Virus record (IMG/VR): IMGVR_UViG_3300020044_001514
Span: 1 to 31,988 of that record
From: a virus
Taxonomy: Duplodnaviria; Caudoviricetes
Direction: 5' to 3' (one strand)
Length of the DNA stretch: 31,988 nucleotides
Position 1 is the stretch's first letter; each line of letters opens with the position of its first letter. Of the stretch, positions 1 through 8,182 are shown piece after piece. The position numbers and the translations under genes are program-made. The notes beneath the pieces are model-generated. The model ran no database searches and was not told where the DNA came from. It saw only the letters and a list, made by a program, of their open reading frames with translations.

Positions 1-459
1 AAACAAGAGCAAGTCCTTCAGCAAATGGGTCCAGCTAATCCTTTGGTGACAATGGGTCAGTACCGTAACACCTTGGGTCGTATGGTTGAAGCCGCTGGTT
101 TCAAAGACTCTGCTGAGTTCTACAAGGCAATTACACCTGAACAAGATCAGGCAATGAGCCAGCCTCAACAACCACAACAAGCGCCAGTGCCACCTGAAGT
201 TCAGGCTTACATGGCCAAGACGCAGGCAGACATTCAAGCCCAACAGATGAAGGCTAAAGCTGACATTCAATTGGCGCAACAAAAAGCCATTGCTGAATTG
301 CAGTTGATGCGTGAAAAGAATGCTGCTCAGATTCAACTTGAGCGCGAGAAAGCCGCTGCGAATCTTCAACTAAAAGAAGAAGAATTTATGGCTGAAGCTC
401 GATTGAAGGCTATGAAAGTCGGCGCTGGCATCACTTCTAACGTTGAAATACCAGGGTAA
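1..459 (+). CDS. portal protein, C-terminal part (5'-truncated by window edge)
   Basis: Frame is open from base 1 (KQEQVLQQMGPANPLV...). Gln/Ala-rich coiled-coil tail resembles P22-like portal barrels. The matching N-terminus starts at 31723, after terL. Confidence 0.85.
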   Translation, partial: KQEQVLQQMGPANPLVTMGQYRNTLGRMVEAAGFKDSAEFYKAITPEQDQAMSQPQQPQQAPVPPEVQAYMAKTQADIQAQQMKAKADIQLAQQKAIAELQLMREKNAAQIQLEREKAAANLQLKEEEFMAEARLKAMKVGAGITSNVEIPG

Positions 460-463
460 TAGC

Positions 464-1534
464 ATGAAAGAACTGCAAGCCTTCTTTGATGAACTAGCAT
501 CTCAAGGTCGTAATGGCGACACAATGCTTGCTCATATCAACCCGCAAGAAGCTGAATTATTGAAGGCTTTAGGCGGGGCTGGAACAATAAACCCAAAAAC
601 AGGATTGCCTGAGTTTTTTGGAATCAGTATCGGTGGATATGGCGTTTCTACTGATGGTGGTGGTTCAATTACAACGCCAAACACATCTCTATCTGTCAAT
701 GATGTGGCAACAACTGCAACTAAAGCTGGAAGGTCTTTAGACCAGTTCGTTCGCGAAGAAGTACCAGGCGGTTGGGCTGGCGCTATTCTGATTGCTGCTG
801 GCATTTATTACGCACCAGAAATAGGTGCGTATTTCAATGCTTCTGGTGAATATGTGACTGCCGAACAAGCCGCAGCCGCTGTTGAGACTGAACAAGCCGC
901 TGCCGCAGCTTCTGCCGCAGCCGCTGAACAAGCCGCTGCACAAGCCGCCGCAGAGCAATTGGCCGCTGAACAAGCCGCTGCTCACGTTACTTCTTCTGTT
1001 AGCGCAGAGGCATTGGCTGCTGCAAATGCAACTTCTGACCCATTGGGCGCTTTGATTGCTGAACAAGGTTGGTCTGTTGTTGACCCTGCTTATTTGGCTG
1101 CAATTGGCGTGACTGAAGGAATGACTCCAGCCGTGGCTGCTGGCGTAAGCAAAGGCTTGACATTTGCACAAGCCGCTGATTTGGCAAGGGCTGGATTGTT
1201 GGTAAACGCTATTACTGGAGACCCATTGGGCTTGTCAGGTGGTGGTCAAGGCTCTACTGCGCCAACAGGCTTTGCAATGGTTCCAATCCCTGAAGAATGG
1301 GAATCGCCAACTTACGCTGCATCTGCTGCTCCGATTGATCTGAACTCGATTTTCAGCAATCAGAATATGCTGATGAACACGCAATGGAAAGACCTGCCAT
1401 CTCAAAGAAATATGTCGTTCAATGATATATTTGCTTCAGGACAGCAACAAACGCCAATGGGTACGCCCGTTGACATTAACCAGATCGTGAGTTCCATCCT
1501 TGGACAAGCCGCAACTAGCCAAAAACCTGCTTAA
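464..1534 (+). CDS. hypothetical virion-associated protein with N-terminal GRNGDTMLAHINPQEA...GTINPKTGLPEF motif and Ala/Gln-rich repeats
   Basis: ATG 464 lies just after the portal stop. Long ORF with phage-like codon usage, between portal and scaffold. Confidence 0.7.
   Translation: MKELQAFFDELASQGRNGDTMLAHINPQEAELLKALGGAGTINPKTGLPEFFGISIGGYGVSTDGGGSITTPNTSLSVNDVATTATKAGRSLDQFVREEVPGGWAGAILIAAGIYYAPEIGAYFNASGEYVTAEQAAAAVETEQAAAAASAAAAEQAAAQAAAEQLAAEQAAAHVTSSVSAEALAAANATSDPLGALIAEQGWSVVDPAYLAAIGVTEGMTPAVAAGVSKGLTFAQAADLARAGLLVNAITGDPLGLSGGGQGSTAPTGFAMVPIPEEWESPTYAASAAPIDLNSIFSNQNMLMNTQWKDLPSQRNMSFNDIFASGQQQTPMGTPVDINQIVSSILGQAATSQKPA
863..982 (+). repeat. degenerate tandem repeats gaacaagccgc encoding EQAAA helix
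   Basis: gaacaagccgc occurs at about 863, 890, 926 and 968, with further variants. Confidence 0.8.
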
Positions 1535-1730
1535 CGATGATTTCTTTATTGGCGAGATTGAAGCCTTAAAGAATTCAGAGTTGCAGACAATCGTTTATTC
1601 CCAACCGAATCAAACGGAAGAACGCGAACTTGCGTACATGAGGATTAACGCATTACAATCAGTTATCGCGCACTTTGAATCAATTGCCGCAACAAGCGAG
1701 ATTGTCAAAAAGCGCTGGAAGATTTTGTAA
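1500..1730 (+). CDS. small head-module protein
   Basis: 76 aa helical ORF (TTG start) directly before scaffold. Confidence 0.65.
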   Translation: MDKPQLAKNLLNDDFFIGEIEALKNSELQTIVYSQPNQTEERELAYMRINALQSVIAHFESIAATSEIVKKRWKIL

Positions 1731-1777
1731 GGAAACTTACACCGTGGTCACGGATTGACTGACAACTTGGGTATGAA

Positions 1778-2725
1778 ATGAGCGAAGCCACGACACCTGC
1801 GGGTAGTGAATCGTTAAATGTGAATCAAGCTGCAAATGCTTTTTTCGGCATGATGGGTACTGACGAAGGCGCTGAAAACAGCCAACCAGAAGAAGTAACC
1901 GAAGACGAAGAAATCATTGAAGGCGAGTCTGAAGCTGAGTTGGTGGATTCTGAAGAAGCAGAGCAAGAGCAAACTAGCACTTTTAAGGTCAAAGCGGCTG
2001 GCGAAGAACGTGAAGTAACTCTTGAACAGCTTATTGAGGGCTACCAACTAGGTCAAGACTACACAAAGAAGACCCAAAAGCTCTCTGAAGATAAGCGTGT
2101 CGTTGAAGCTGAACGCACAAAGATCGCAGAAGCAAGCAAATTAAGAGACCAGTACGCCCAACGTTTGCAGATGATGGAACAATTCCTGAATCAGCAAAAC
2201 AAAGGTGAAAATCTTGAGGCTTTAAAGGAAGTTGACCCGATCGGCTATGCCGTGAAAGTCGCTGAACAGGCACAACGAGAGAAGCAGTTAGCAGTCCTGC
2301 AACAAGAACAGCAACGCATTGCACAACAGCAACAAGCCGAGCAATCTGAGCGTCTGCAAAGCCATCTCGCTGAAGAAAGTCAGAAGCTGACAGCAGCTAT
2401 TCCTGGTTACGGTTCAAAAGAAGGCGATTCCATCCGCAAGGATATTCGTGAATACGCCAAGTCGATTGGATGGAGTGACCAAGAGCTTGCAGGGTTGTAC
2501 GACTCTCGGGCTGTTTTGAGTTTGTATCATGGCATGAAGTATTCGAAACTTCAGAGCAATAAGCCTTCAATCACCAAAAAGGTGGAAGCTGCTCCGAAGA
2601 TGATGAAAGCGGGTACTTCAACACCACGAAATTCAGACTCAGAACAGCAGAAAAACACAATGGCGCAGTTGAAGCGGACTGGTAAAGTTCGTGACGCTGC
2701 AAACGCATTTGAACGATTCTTATAA
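1778..2725 (+). CDS. capsid scaffolding protein
   Basis: Acidic N-terminus, FKVKAAGEEREVTLEQLIEGY..DYTKKTQ motif and coiled coil, immediately upstream of the capsid gene. Confidence 0.85.
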   Translation: MSEATTPAGSESLNVNQAANAFFGMMGTDEGAENSQPEEVTEDEEIIEGESEAELVDSEEAEQEQTSTFKVKAAGEEREVTLEQLIEGYQLGQDYTKKTQKLSEDKRVVEAERTKIAEASKLRDQYAQRLQMMEQFLNQQNKGENLEALKEVDPIGYAVKVAEQAQREKQLAVLQQEQQRIAQQQQAEQSERLQSHLAEESQKLTAAIPGYGSKEGDSIRKDIREYAKSIGWSDQELAGLYDSRAVLSLYHGMKYSKLQSNKPSITKKVEAAPKMMKAGTSTPRNSDSEQQKNTMAQLKRTGKVRDAANAFERFL

Positions 2726-2738
2726 GGAAACTTGAATC

Positions 2739-3674
2739 ATGGCAACTTACCAAACCTACACCGCTATTGGTCAGCGCGAAGACCTGTCTGACGTTATCTA
2801 TAACATCAGCCCAACAGATACACCATTCATGTCGTCTATCGGCAAAGGTAAAGCTACTGCTACTTACCACGAATGGCAAAAAGACAGCCTCGCTGCTGTG
2901 AACACTTCTAACGCTGCTGTTGAAGGCGCTACCGCTTCTGACGCAACAATGACCCCCACCGTTCGCGCTGGCAACCGTACCCAGATCAGCCAAAAGACCG
3001 TTAAAGTCTCTGGCACTTTGGAAGCTGTTGACAAAGCTGGTCGTAAGTCTGAAAAGGCTTACAGCTTGGCTAAAGCCTCTGCTGAAGTGAAACGCGACAT
3101 GGAAGCCATCTTGTTGAGCAACCAAGTTGCTTCTGCTGGTAATGCTTCTACTGCTCGCACTTTGGGTGGTTTACAGGCTTGGTTGGCTACTGCTGGTGAT
3201 TTCGGTACTGATGGCGTTGCTGGTGCAAACGGTACAACTGCCCGTACAAACGGCACTGACCGCACTTTCACTGAAACCATCTTGAAGACTGTGGTTGCTG
3301 AAGTCTACTCGGCTGGTGGCAATCCCAAAGTATTGATGGTTCGCCCTAACCACAAGCAAGTTGTGTCAACTTTTGCTGGTATCGCTGCACAGCGTTACAT
3401 GGCTCCAAGCGACCAACCTACCACCATCATCGGTGCTGCTGACGTGTATATGAGCGATTTCGGTACGATCTCTGTTGTGCCTAACCGCTTCATCACTGAC
3501 ACTGACGTGGCTTTCGTGATCGACCCAGATATGGCTTCTGTTAACTATCTGCGCCCATTCCAAACCAATGAATTGGCTAAGACTGGTGACGCTGAAGTTA
3601 CTCAATTGCTGGTCGAATACACCTTGCAAGTGAACAACGAAGCTGCTCATGGCATCATCGCTGACTTGACCTAA
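2739..3674 (+). CDS. major capsid protein (SU10/DUF5309-like, HK97 fold)
   Basis: GQREDLSDVIYNISPTDTPFMS..HEWQKDSL, NRTQI and ELAKTGD motifs. Strong RBS (aaggaa), highly biased codons, downstream terminator. Confidence 0.9.
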   Translation: MATYQTYTAIGQREDLSDVIYNISPTDTPFMSSIGKGKATATYHEWQKDSLAAVNTSNAAVEGATASDATMTPTVRAGNRTQISQKTVKVSGTLEAVDKAGRKSEKAYSLAKASAEVKRDMEAILLSNQVASAGNASTARTLGGLQAWLATAGDFGTDGVAGANGTTARTNGTDRTFTETILKTVVAEVYSAGGNPKVLMVRPNHKQVVSTFAGIAAQRYMAPSDQPTTIIGAADVYMSDFGTISVVPNRFITDTDVAFVIDPDMASVNYLRPFQTNELAKTGDAEVTQLLVEYTLQVNNEAAHGIIADLT

Positions 3675-3699
3675 TCTGATTCTCCTAGATTAGATTAAC

Positions 3700-3730
3700 C
3701 GCCCCAAGGTTCACGCTTTGGGGCGTTTTT
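3700..3730 (+). terminator. rho-independent terminator after major capsid gene
   Basis: Stem cgccccaagg / ctttggggcg with 6-nt loop, followed by ttttt. Confidence 0.85.
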
Positions 3731-3738
3731 GTTAGAAT
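3730..3738 (+). promoter_or_regulatory. extended -10 promoter (TGtTAGAAT), probably giving a leaderless mRNA starting at ATG 3745
   Basis: TG-n-TAGAAT ends 6 nt before the ATG; no Shine-Dalgarno. Confidence 0.5.
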
Positions 3739-3744
3739 AACTGC

Positions 3745-4059
3745 ATGAATACACCTGTTCAATTTCGTCAATCTACGGCTCATCAAGATGGTGATGGTGG
3801 TCTCATCATTGCAACAAAGCAAGATGTTTCTGGCATTATTGAAGCAAACCGTAAGGAATTTAATTCTTACGATGAGCGTGCTAAATGGTCAGATGACCCG
3901 TTTGGCAACAAAGTAGCTTCAATTCCATTTACTGCAATTGATGAACTGAATAAGCAAGGTGTTATGCGTGGGTTTGCTGTTTTGGATGAGAAGCGTTTTG
4001 CCATGTATCTGAACGACCCGATGAACCGCGCTTGGCGCACACGACCAGGACAAGTATGA
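3745..4059 (+). CDS. hypothetical protein (post-capsid)
   Basis: 104 aa ORF with KVASIP and LNDPMNRAWRT motifs, between capsid and adaptor. Confidence 0.75.
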   Translation: MNTPVQFRQSTAHQDGDGGLIIATKQDVSGIIEANRKEFNSYDERAKWSDDPFGNKVASIPFTAIDELNKQGVMRGFAVLDEKRFAMYLNDPMNRAWRTRPGQV

Positions 4060-4676
4060 GCATTGCAACATATTCAGAATTGAAGACAGCGGTTGCCAAT
4101 TATTTGGCTCGTACCGACCTGACAGATCAAATTCCAGACTTCATTCGTTTCGCTGAGTTGCGTTTGCGCCGTGAACTGCGTATTCGTCAAATGCTCAAGT
4201 CCGTGACCACTTCAACAACAGGTGGCGATTCAACTGTTGAGCTGCCATCGGATTTCATTGAGATTCGCGACTTTTCGGTTTCTACAAACCCAGTTCAGCC
4301 TTTGACTTACTCAAGCCCTGCTGTTTTTAGTCGCAACACCCGTTCAACTCAAAGCGGAAAGCCTCTTGATTACACAATCTTGGCTTCTGAGTTTCAGTTG
4401 GCCCCAATCCCTGATGGTGATTACACGCTGAAACTGTTGTACTTTGCAGCTCCTACATTCTTAGGCGATACAAACTCAAGCAACGTTTTCATTGCTAATG
4501 CACCTGATGCGCTTTTGTATGCTTCATTGCTTGAAGCAGAGCCTTACATCATGAACGATGCTCGAATCAATACATGGGGAACTATGTATGACCGAGCAAT
4601 CTCCACAATCACCAAGTCTGATGAATCTTCTCAGTATTCTGGTGTTCCACTGTCAATGACAACCACACTGAGGTAA
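4056..4676 (+). CDS. head-tail adaptor protein
   Basis: ATGA overlap with previous gene. TYSELKTAVANYLAR.DL...IPDFI.FAE and PDALLYASLLEA motifs fit podoviral adaptors. Confidence 0.75.
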   Translation: MSIATYSELKTAVANYLARTDLTDQIPDFIRFAELRLRRELRIRQMLKSVTTSTTGGDSTVELPSDFIEIRDFSVSTNPVQPLTYSSPAVFSRNTRSTQSGKPLDYTILASEFQLAPIPDGDYTLKLLYFAAPTFLGDTNSSNVFIANAPDALLYASLLEAEPYIMNDARINTWGTMYDRAISTITKSDESSQYSGVPLSMTTTLR

Positions 4677-4679
4677 TTT

Positions 4680-5066
4680 ATGGCTGAAATGAGTAACTAC
4701 TTAGAGAACGCACTGGTTAATGCAACCTTGCGTAATACCGCTTACACAAGCCCATCGGCTGTGTACTTGGCGCTCTACACCGCAGACCCAACTGATGCAG
4801 ATTCAGGCACTGAAGTCTCTGGCACTTCTTACGCTCGTCAAGCAATCACTTTTGGCTCGCCTTCTAACGGCGTGACAACCAACTCTGCCGCAATTGAGTT
4901 CCCTCAAGCTGGTGGCTCATGGGGTACTGTTACGCACGTTGGCATCCGTGACGCACTGACAAACGGAAACTTGTTGTATCACACCGCTTTGGATGCTTCT
5001 AAGGCCATTGCAACTGGTGACGTTTTCCGTGTTGCTTCTGGCTCTTTGAGCGTAACCTTGGCGTGA
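4680..5066 (+). CDS. small tail/fibre-associated structural protein
   Basis: MSNYLEN...VYLALYTADP...EVSGTSYARQ...WGTVTHVGI.DA...GNLL beta-sandwich pattern seen in phage tail proteins. Confidence 0.7.
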   Translation: MAEMSNYLENALVNATLRNTAYTSPSAVYLALYTADPTDADSGTEVSGTSYARQAITFGSPSNGVTTNSAAIEFPQAGGSWGTVTHVGIRDALTNGNLLYHTALDASKAIATGDVFRVASGSLSVTLA

Positions 5067-5067
5067 T

Positions 5068-5898
5068 ATGGCTGACCTGCTCCCACCGTGGACAATAGAC
5101 AGTCTAGATAACCTAAAAGGAAGTCTAGACAATTTAACTCTGTCTCTTGACAGTGAGTTATATACAACGTCAGTCACACTTTGGGATGCTTACGGTTCAG
5201 TCAATGCGGCTGCAACTGTAAGTTCTGGGTCAACCGTTACGTTTGGAGCTTCGGCTTCTGTTTCCACTTCGGCGACAGTATCGTGTGAAGCAATCAGAGT
5301 CGTAATTGGCACAGGCTCAATAGATGCCTCTGCAACAGCCTCATGCGATGCGACTAGGGTTTGCATTGGCAACGCCACAATTACGGCTTCTGCCACTGTT
5401 TCCGCTGATGCACAGCGTATTGCTATTGCTTCTGCTGATGTTGCCTGCAATGCAACTGTTGAAGCCGTTGGTGGACTGCTCTTAAATGGCGTTGCTGATG
5501 TAGCGTGTGCCGCTACGGTAAGCGCTGATTCTGTTCGTGTCCGTCAAGCGGATGCGGCTATTTCTGCTGATGCAACATTTACTGCTTTGGGTGGTATCAC
5601 TGCAAACGCAGATGCTTCTGTTGTCTGTGAAGCAAGTCTTACTGCTGACGCTTATGCAGTATTTGACTTTGCTGGCTCTATCAATTGCGAGGCAATCATT
5701 GTCTGCAATGGCATAAGGATGGGCGACAATTGGGGTGATGTTGCAGGCTCTGATAACACTTGGTCTGATGTATCGACAAACGGTAATACATGGACTGATG
5801 CAAGCGCAAATTCAAACACTTGGGAAGATGTATCGGTTGGCTCAAATTCTTGGGCTGATTCATCAACCTCTACAAACACTTGGCTGAGACAGGGTTAA
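5068..5898 (+). CDS. Ala/Val/Ser-rich repetitive fibre-like structural protein with C-terminal Trp repeats
   Basis: Roughly 20-aa degenerate repeats, then six 10-aa NTW repeats; lies in the tail module. Confidence 0.65.
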   Translation: MADLLPPWTIDSLDNLKGSLDNLTLSLDSELYTTSVTLWDAYGSVNAAATVSSGSTVTFGASASVSTSATVSCEAIRVVIGTGSIDASATASCDATRVCIGNATITASATVSADAQRIAIASADVACNATVEAVGGLLLNGVADVACAATVSADSVRVRQADAAISADATFTALGGITANADASVVCEASLTADAYAVFDFAGSINCEAIIVCNGIRMGDNWGDVAGSDNTWSDVSTNGNTWTDASANSNTWEDVSVGSNSWADSSTSTNTWLRQG

Positions 5899-5900
5899 AA

Positions 5901-7340
5901 ATGGCTACACAACGAATTGTTTTTGGCGAATGGATGCCAGATCAGTCAGGTATCACAGGCGCTTTGAGCGATGCTAAGAACTGCGTTTCTCAAGCTGCTG
6001 GCTATGGCCCTTTTCCTCAAGCTGTTGAGTTCTCTGCTGCGGCAAGTGAGAATCTAACAAGTTTGTTCGCTAGTAAGCAACCAGACGGAGTTACTAAGCT
6101 GTTTGCGGCTGGTCGCAGTAAGATTTTCACAGTTTCAGGCGTTGGCGCCGTAACTGAGGTGAACTCAGGTTATACGACTTCTGCAAATGAGCGATTCCGC
6201 TTCACGCAGTTTGGTGATGTTGTTATCGGAACTGACAACTCATCAAAGTTGCAGGCTTGGACATTAGGCACTTCAACAGCGTTTGCTGACTTGTCTGCTT
6301 CTGCTCCTGTCGCAAAATACGTTACTGTTGTTCGTGACTTTGTCGTTGTGGCAAACACCTTTGAAAGCTCGAAACAAGAACAGTACAGAGTTCGTTGGTC
6401 TGGTCTAAATGATGAGACTGTTTGGACTCCTTCTGCAACTAACCAAGCTGACTATCAAGACATTGCTGATGGCGGTCAAATCATGGGCATCCGTGGTGGT
6501 GAGTTTGGGCTTGTGCTTTTGGAGCGCAGTATTCACCGAATGAGCTACATTGGCTCGCCTCTTATTTTCCAATTTGATAACATCAGCCGCAACAAGGGCT
6601 GCATGGTTTCTGGCTCTATTGCTCAATACCAAGGCATCACGTTCTTCTTGTCTGACGATGGCTTCTATATGTGCGATGGTCAACAAGTAATTCCAATTGG
6701 CTCTGAAAAGGTCGACCGTTGGTTCTTGGATGATGTGAGCGAAAACGACTATCCAACAATGTCAGCGGCTGTTGACCCTGTTCGCAAGTTGATTCTGTGG
6801 AACTACAAGAGTAAAGACGGAAGCCGTAAATTGATGGCTTACAACTTCACGACAAAGAAGTGGACTTACACAGACGCTGGCACAGATTTCATTTCTGACG
6901 CATCTAGCGCATCGTCTACGCTTGAAGAATTGGACAGCATCAGTTCATCTATTGACGCTTTGGCTACTCCATTGGACTCAATCTTGTTCACTGGGGGTAA
7001 ATACTTCTTGGGTGGAACGCTTGCAAGTAAGGTTATTACCTATACAGGTACACCAATGACAGCGCGAATCCAAACAGGCGATATTGAAGCTGGTGGGCAG
7101 TCGCTGCTTACTTTGGCTCGCCCTCAAGTAGACCAAGGCTCTGCAACTGTTTCTGTGGCTTCTCGCCGACTTTTGAGTCAAGACATTACTTACAGCACAC
7201 CTGTTGCGGCAAGTGACGACAACCGTGTGTCTTTGCGTGGCTCTGGTAAGTACCACCGAATTGAGGTTAATCCAACTGGCGCACGATGGAAGTCAGCCGT
7301 TGCAGTTGACATTGACCTAGTTGCTCAAGGGGTTCGCTAA
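5901..7340 (+). CDS. tail nozzle / DNA stabilisation protein (P22 gp10-like beta-propeller)
   Basis: About 480 aa, beta-rich, FGEWMPDQ start, RVRWSGLND motif; between adaptor and ejection genes. Confidence 0.7.
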   Translation: MATQRIVFGEWMPDQSGITGALSDAKNCVSQAAGYGPFPQAVEFSAAASENLTSLFASKQPDGVTKLFAAGRSKIFTVSGVGAVTEVNSGYTTSANERFRFTQFGDVVIGTDNSSKLQAWTLGTSTAFADLSASAPVAKYVTVVRDFVVVANTFESSKQEQYRVRWSGLNDETVWTPSATNQADYQDIADGGQIMGIRGGEFGLVLLERSIHRMSYIGSPLIFQFDNISRNKGCMVSGSIAQYQGITFFLSDDGFYMCDGQQVIPIGSEKVDRWFLDDVSENDYPTMSAAVDPVRKLILWNYKSKDGSRKLMAYNFTTKKWTYTDAGTDFISDASSASSTLEELDSISSSIDALATPLDSILFTGGKYFLGGTLASKVITYTGTPMTARIQTGDIEAGGQSLLTLARPQVDQGSATVSVASRRLLSQDITYSTPVAASDDNRVSLRGSGKYHRIEVNPTGARWKSAVAVDIDLVAQGVR

Positions 7341-8122
7341 TGTTTCGAGTTCTACCACCTTTTGGTGGCGATCAACGCGCTGTTGCTGAAGTCGTCAACG
7401 GAATAATGAACGGGAAGACCAATAACACTGGCCTAGTGACACTGGCTACTGGCAACGCTACGACAACAACAATCACCGATGAGCGAATCAGCTCTGACAG
7501 CAAGATTGTTGTAATCCCATTCTCTGCGGCAGCTTTTGCGGATGATTGCCCACAAGGTTCTTGGATTAACACAACTGGTCAATCTGCTCCTAGCATTGGC
7601 ACAAGTGCTGTTATTGAATTTGATACTGCTTTGATGGAAAACGGTGTTCATTTAGAAGATGACACAAAGTTATATGCCCGTGATGCTGGCGTGTATGAAA
7701 TTACTTGGTCTTTGCAGTTAGCAAATTCCGATATAACCGAAGAACATGCTGATGTTTGGATTCGTGTGAATGGCGTTGATATACCTAATTCAACAAGGCG
7801 ATATTGCCCAAGGCAAAGAAAAAGTGCAACTGAGCCATCACACCTTATTGGATTTGGTAACAGGTTTGTTGAGTTGCAAGCTGATGATTACGTTGAAATT
7901 GCTGGCGCGGTTACAAGTACGCTGGTGACGCTTAATTATTTGGCAGCAGATGCTGGTGTTCCAAAGCCAGCAACTCCCGCTGTTGTTGTAACAATGAAGC
8001 TAATTTCTCCACTTGCTTACTCAAACATTTACGTAAGTTCCCAGTCGAAGGGTTCTGCCGTTTTGAGCCATTACGCAAATGCAACATCAAACAAAACATA
8101 CGCCTACATAATTGTGGGATAA
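7340..8122 (+). CDS. tail-associated protein with an inserted jelly-roll (C1q/TNF-like) domain
   Basis: TAATG overlap. Internal AGVYEITWSLQL..VWIRVNGVDI..VELQADDYVEI pattern. Confidence 0.6.
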   Translation: MFRVLPPFGGDQRAVAEVVNGIMNGKTNNTGLVTLATGNATTTTITDERISSDSKIVVIPFSAAAFADDCPQGSWINTTGQSAPSIGTSAVIEFDTALMENGVHLEDDTKLYARDAGVYEITWSLQLANSDITEEHADVWIRVNGVDIPNSTRRYCPRQRKSATEPSHLIGFGNRFVELQADDYVEIAGAVTSTLVTLNYLAADAGVPKPATPAVVVTMKLISPLAYSNIYVSSQSKGSAVLSHYANATSNKTYAYIIVG

Positions 8123-8125
8123 ATG

Positions 8126-8131
8126 TATAAT
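8126..8131 (+). promoter_or_regulatory. TATAAT -10 box of a possible internal promoter for ejection genes
   Basis: Perfect TATAAT in the intergenic gap; no clear -35. Confidence 0.4.
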
Positions 8132-8182
8132 TCTCTCCGTGGATGACCCGCCTCGGAGTCCCTTGAAAAGAAAGGTGCTTTT

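Noticed and set aside
3671-3693. Hairpin ctaatct/agattag over the capsid stop as a readthrough or frameshift signal
   Set aside because: No slippery site or extended downstream frame before the terminator.
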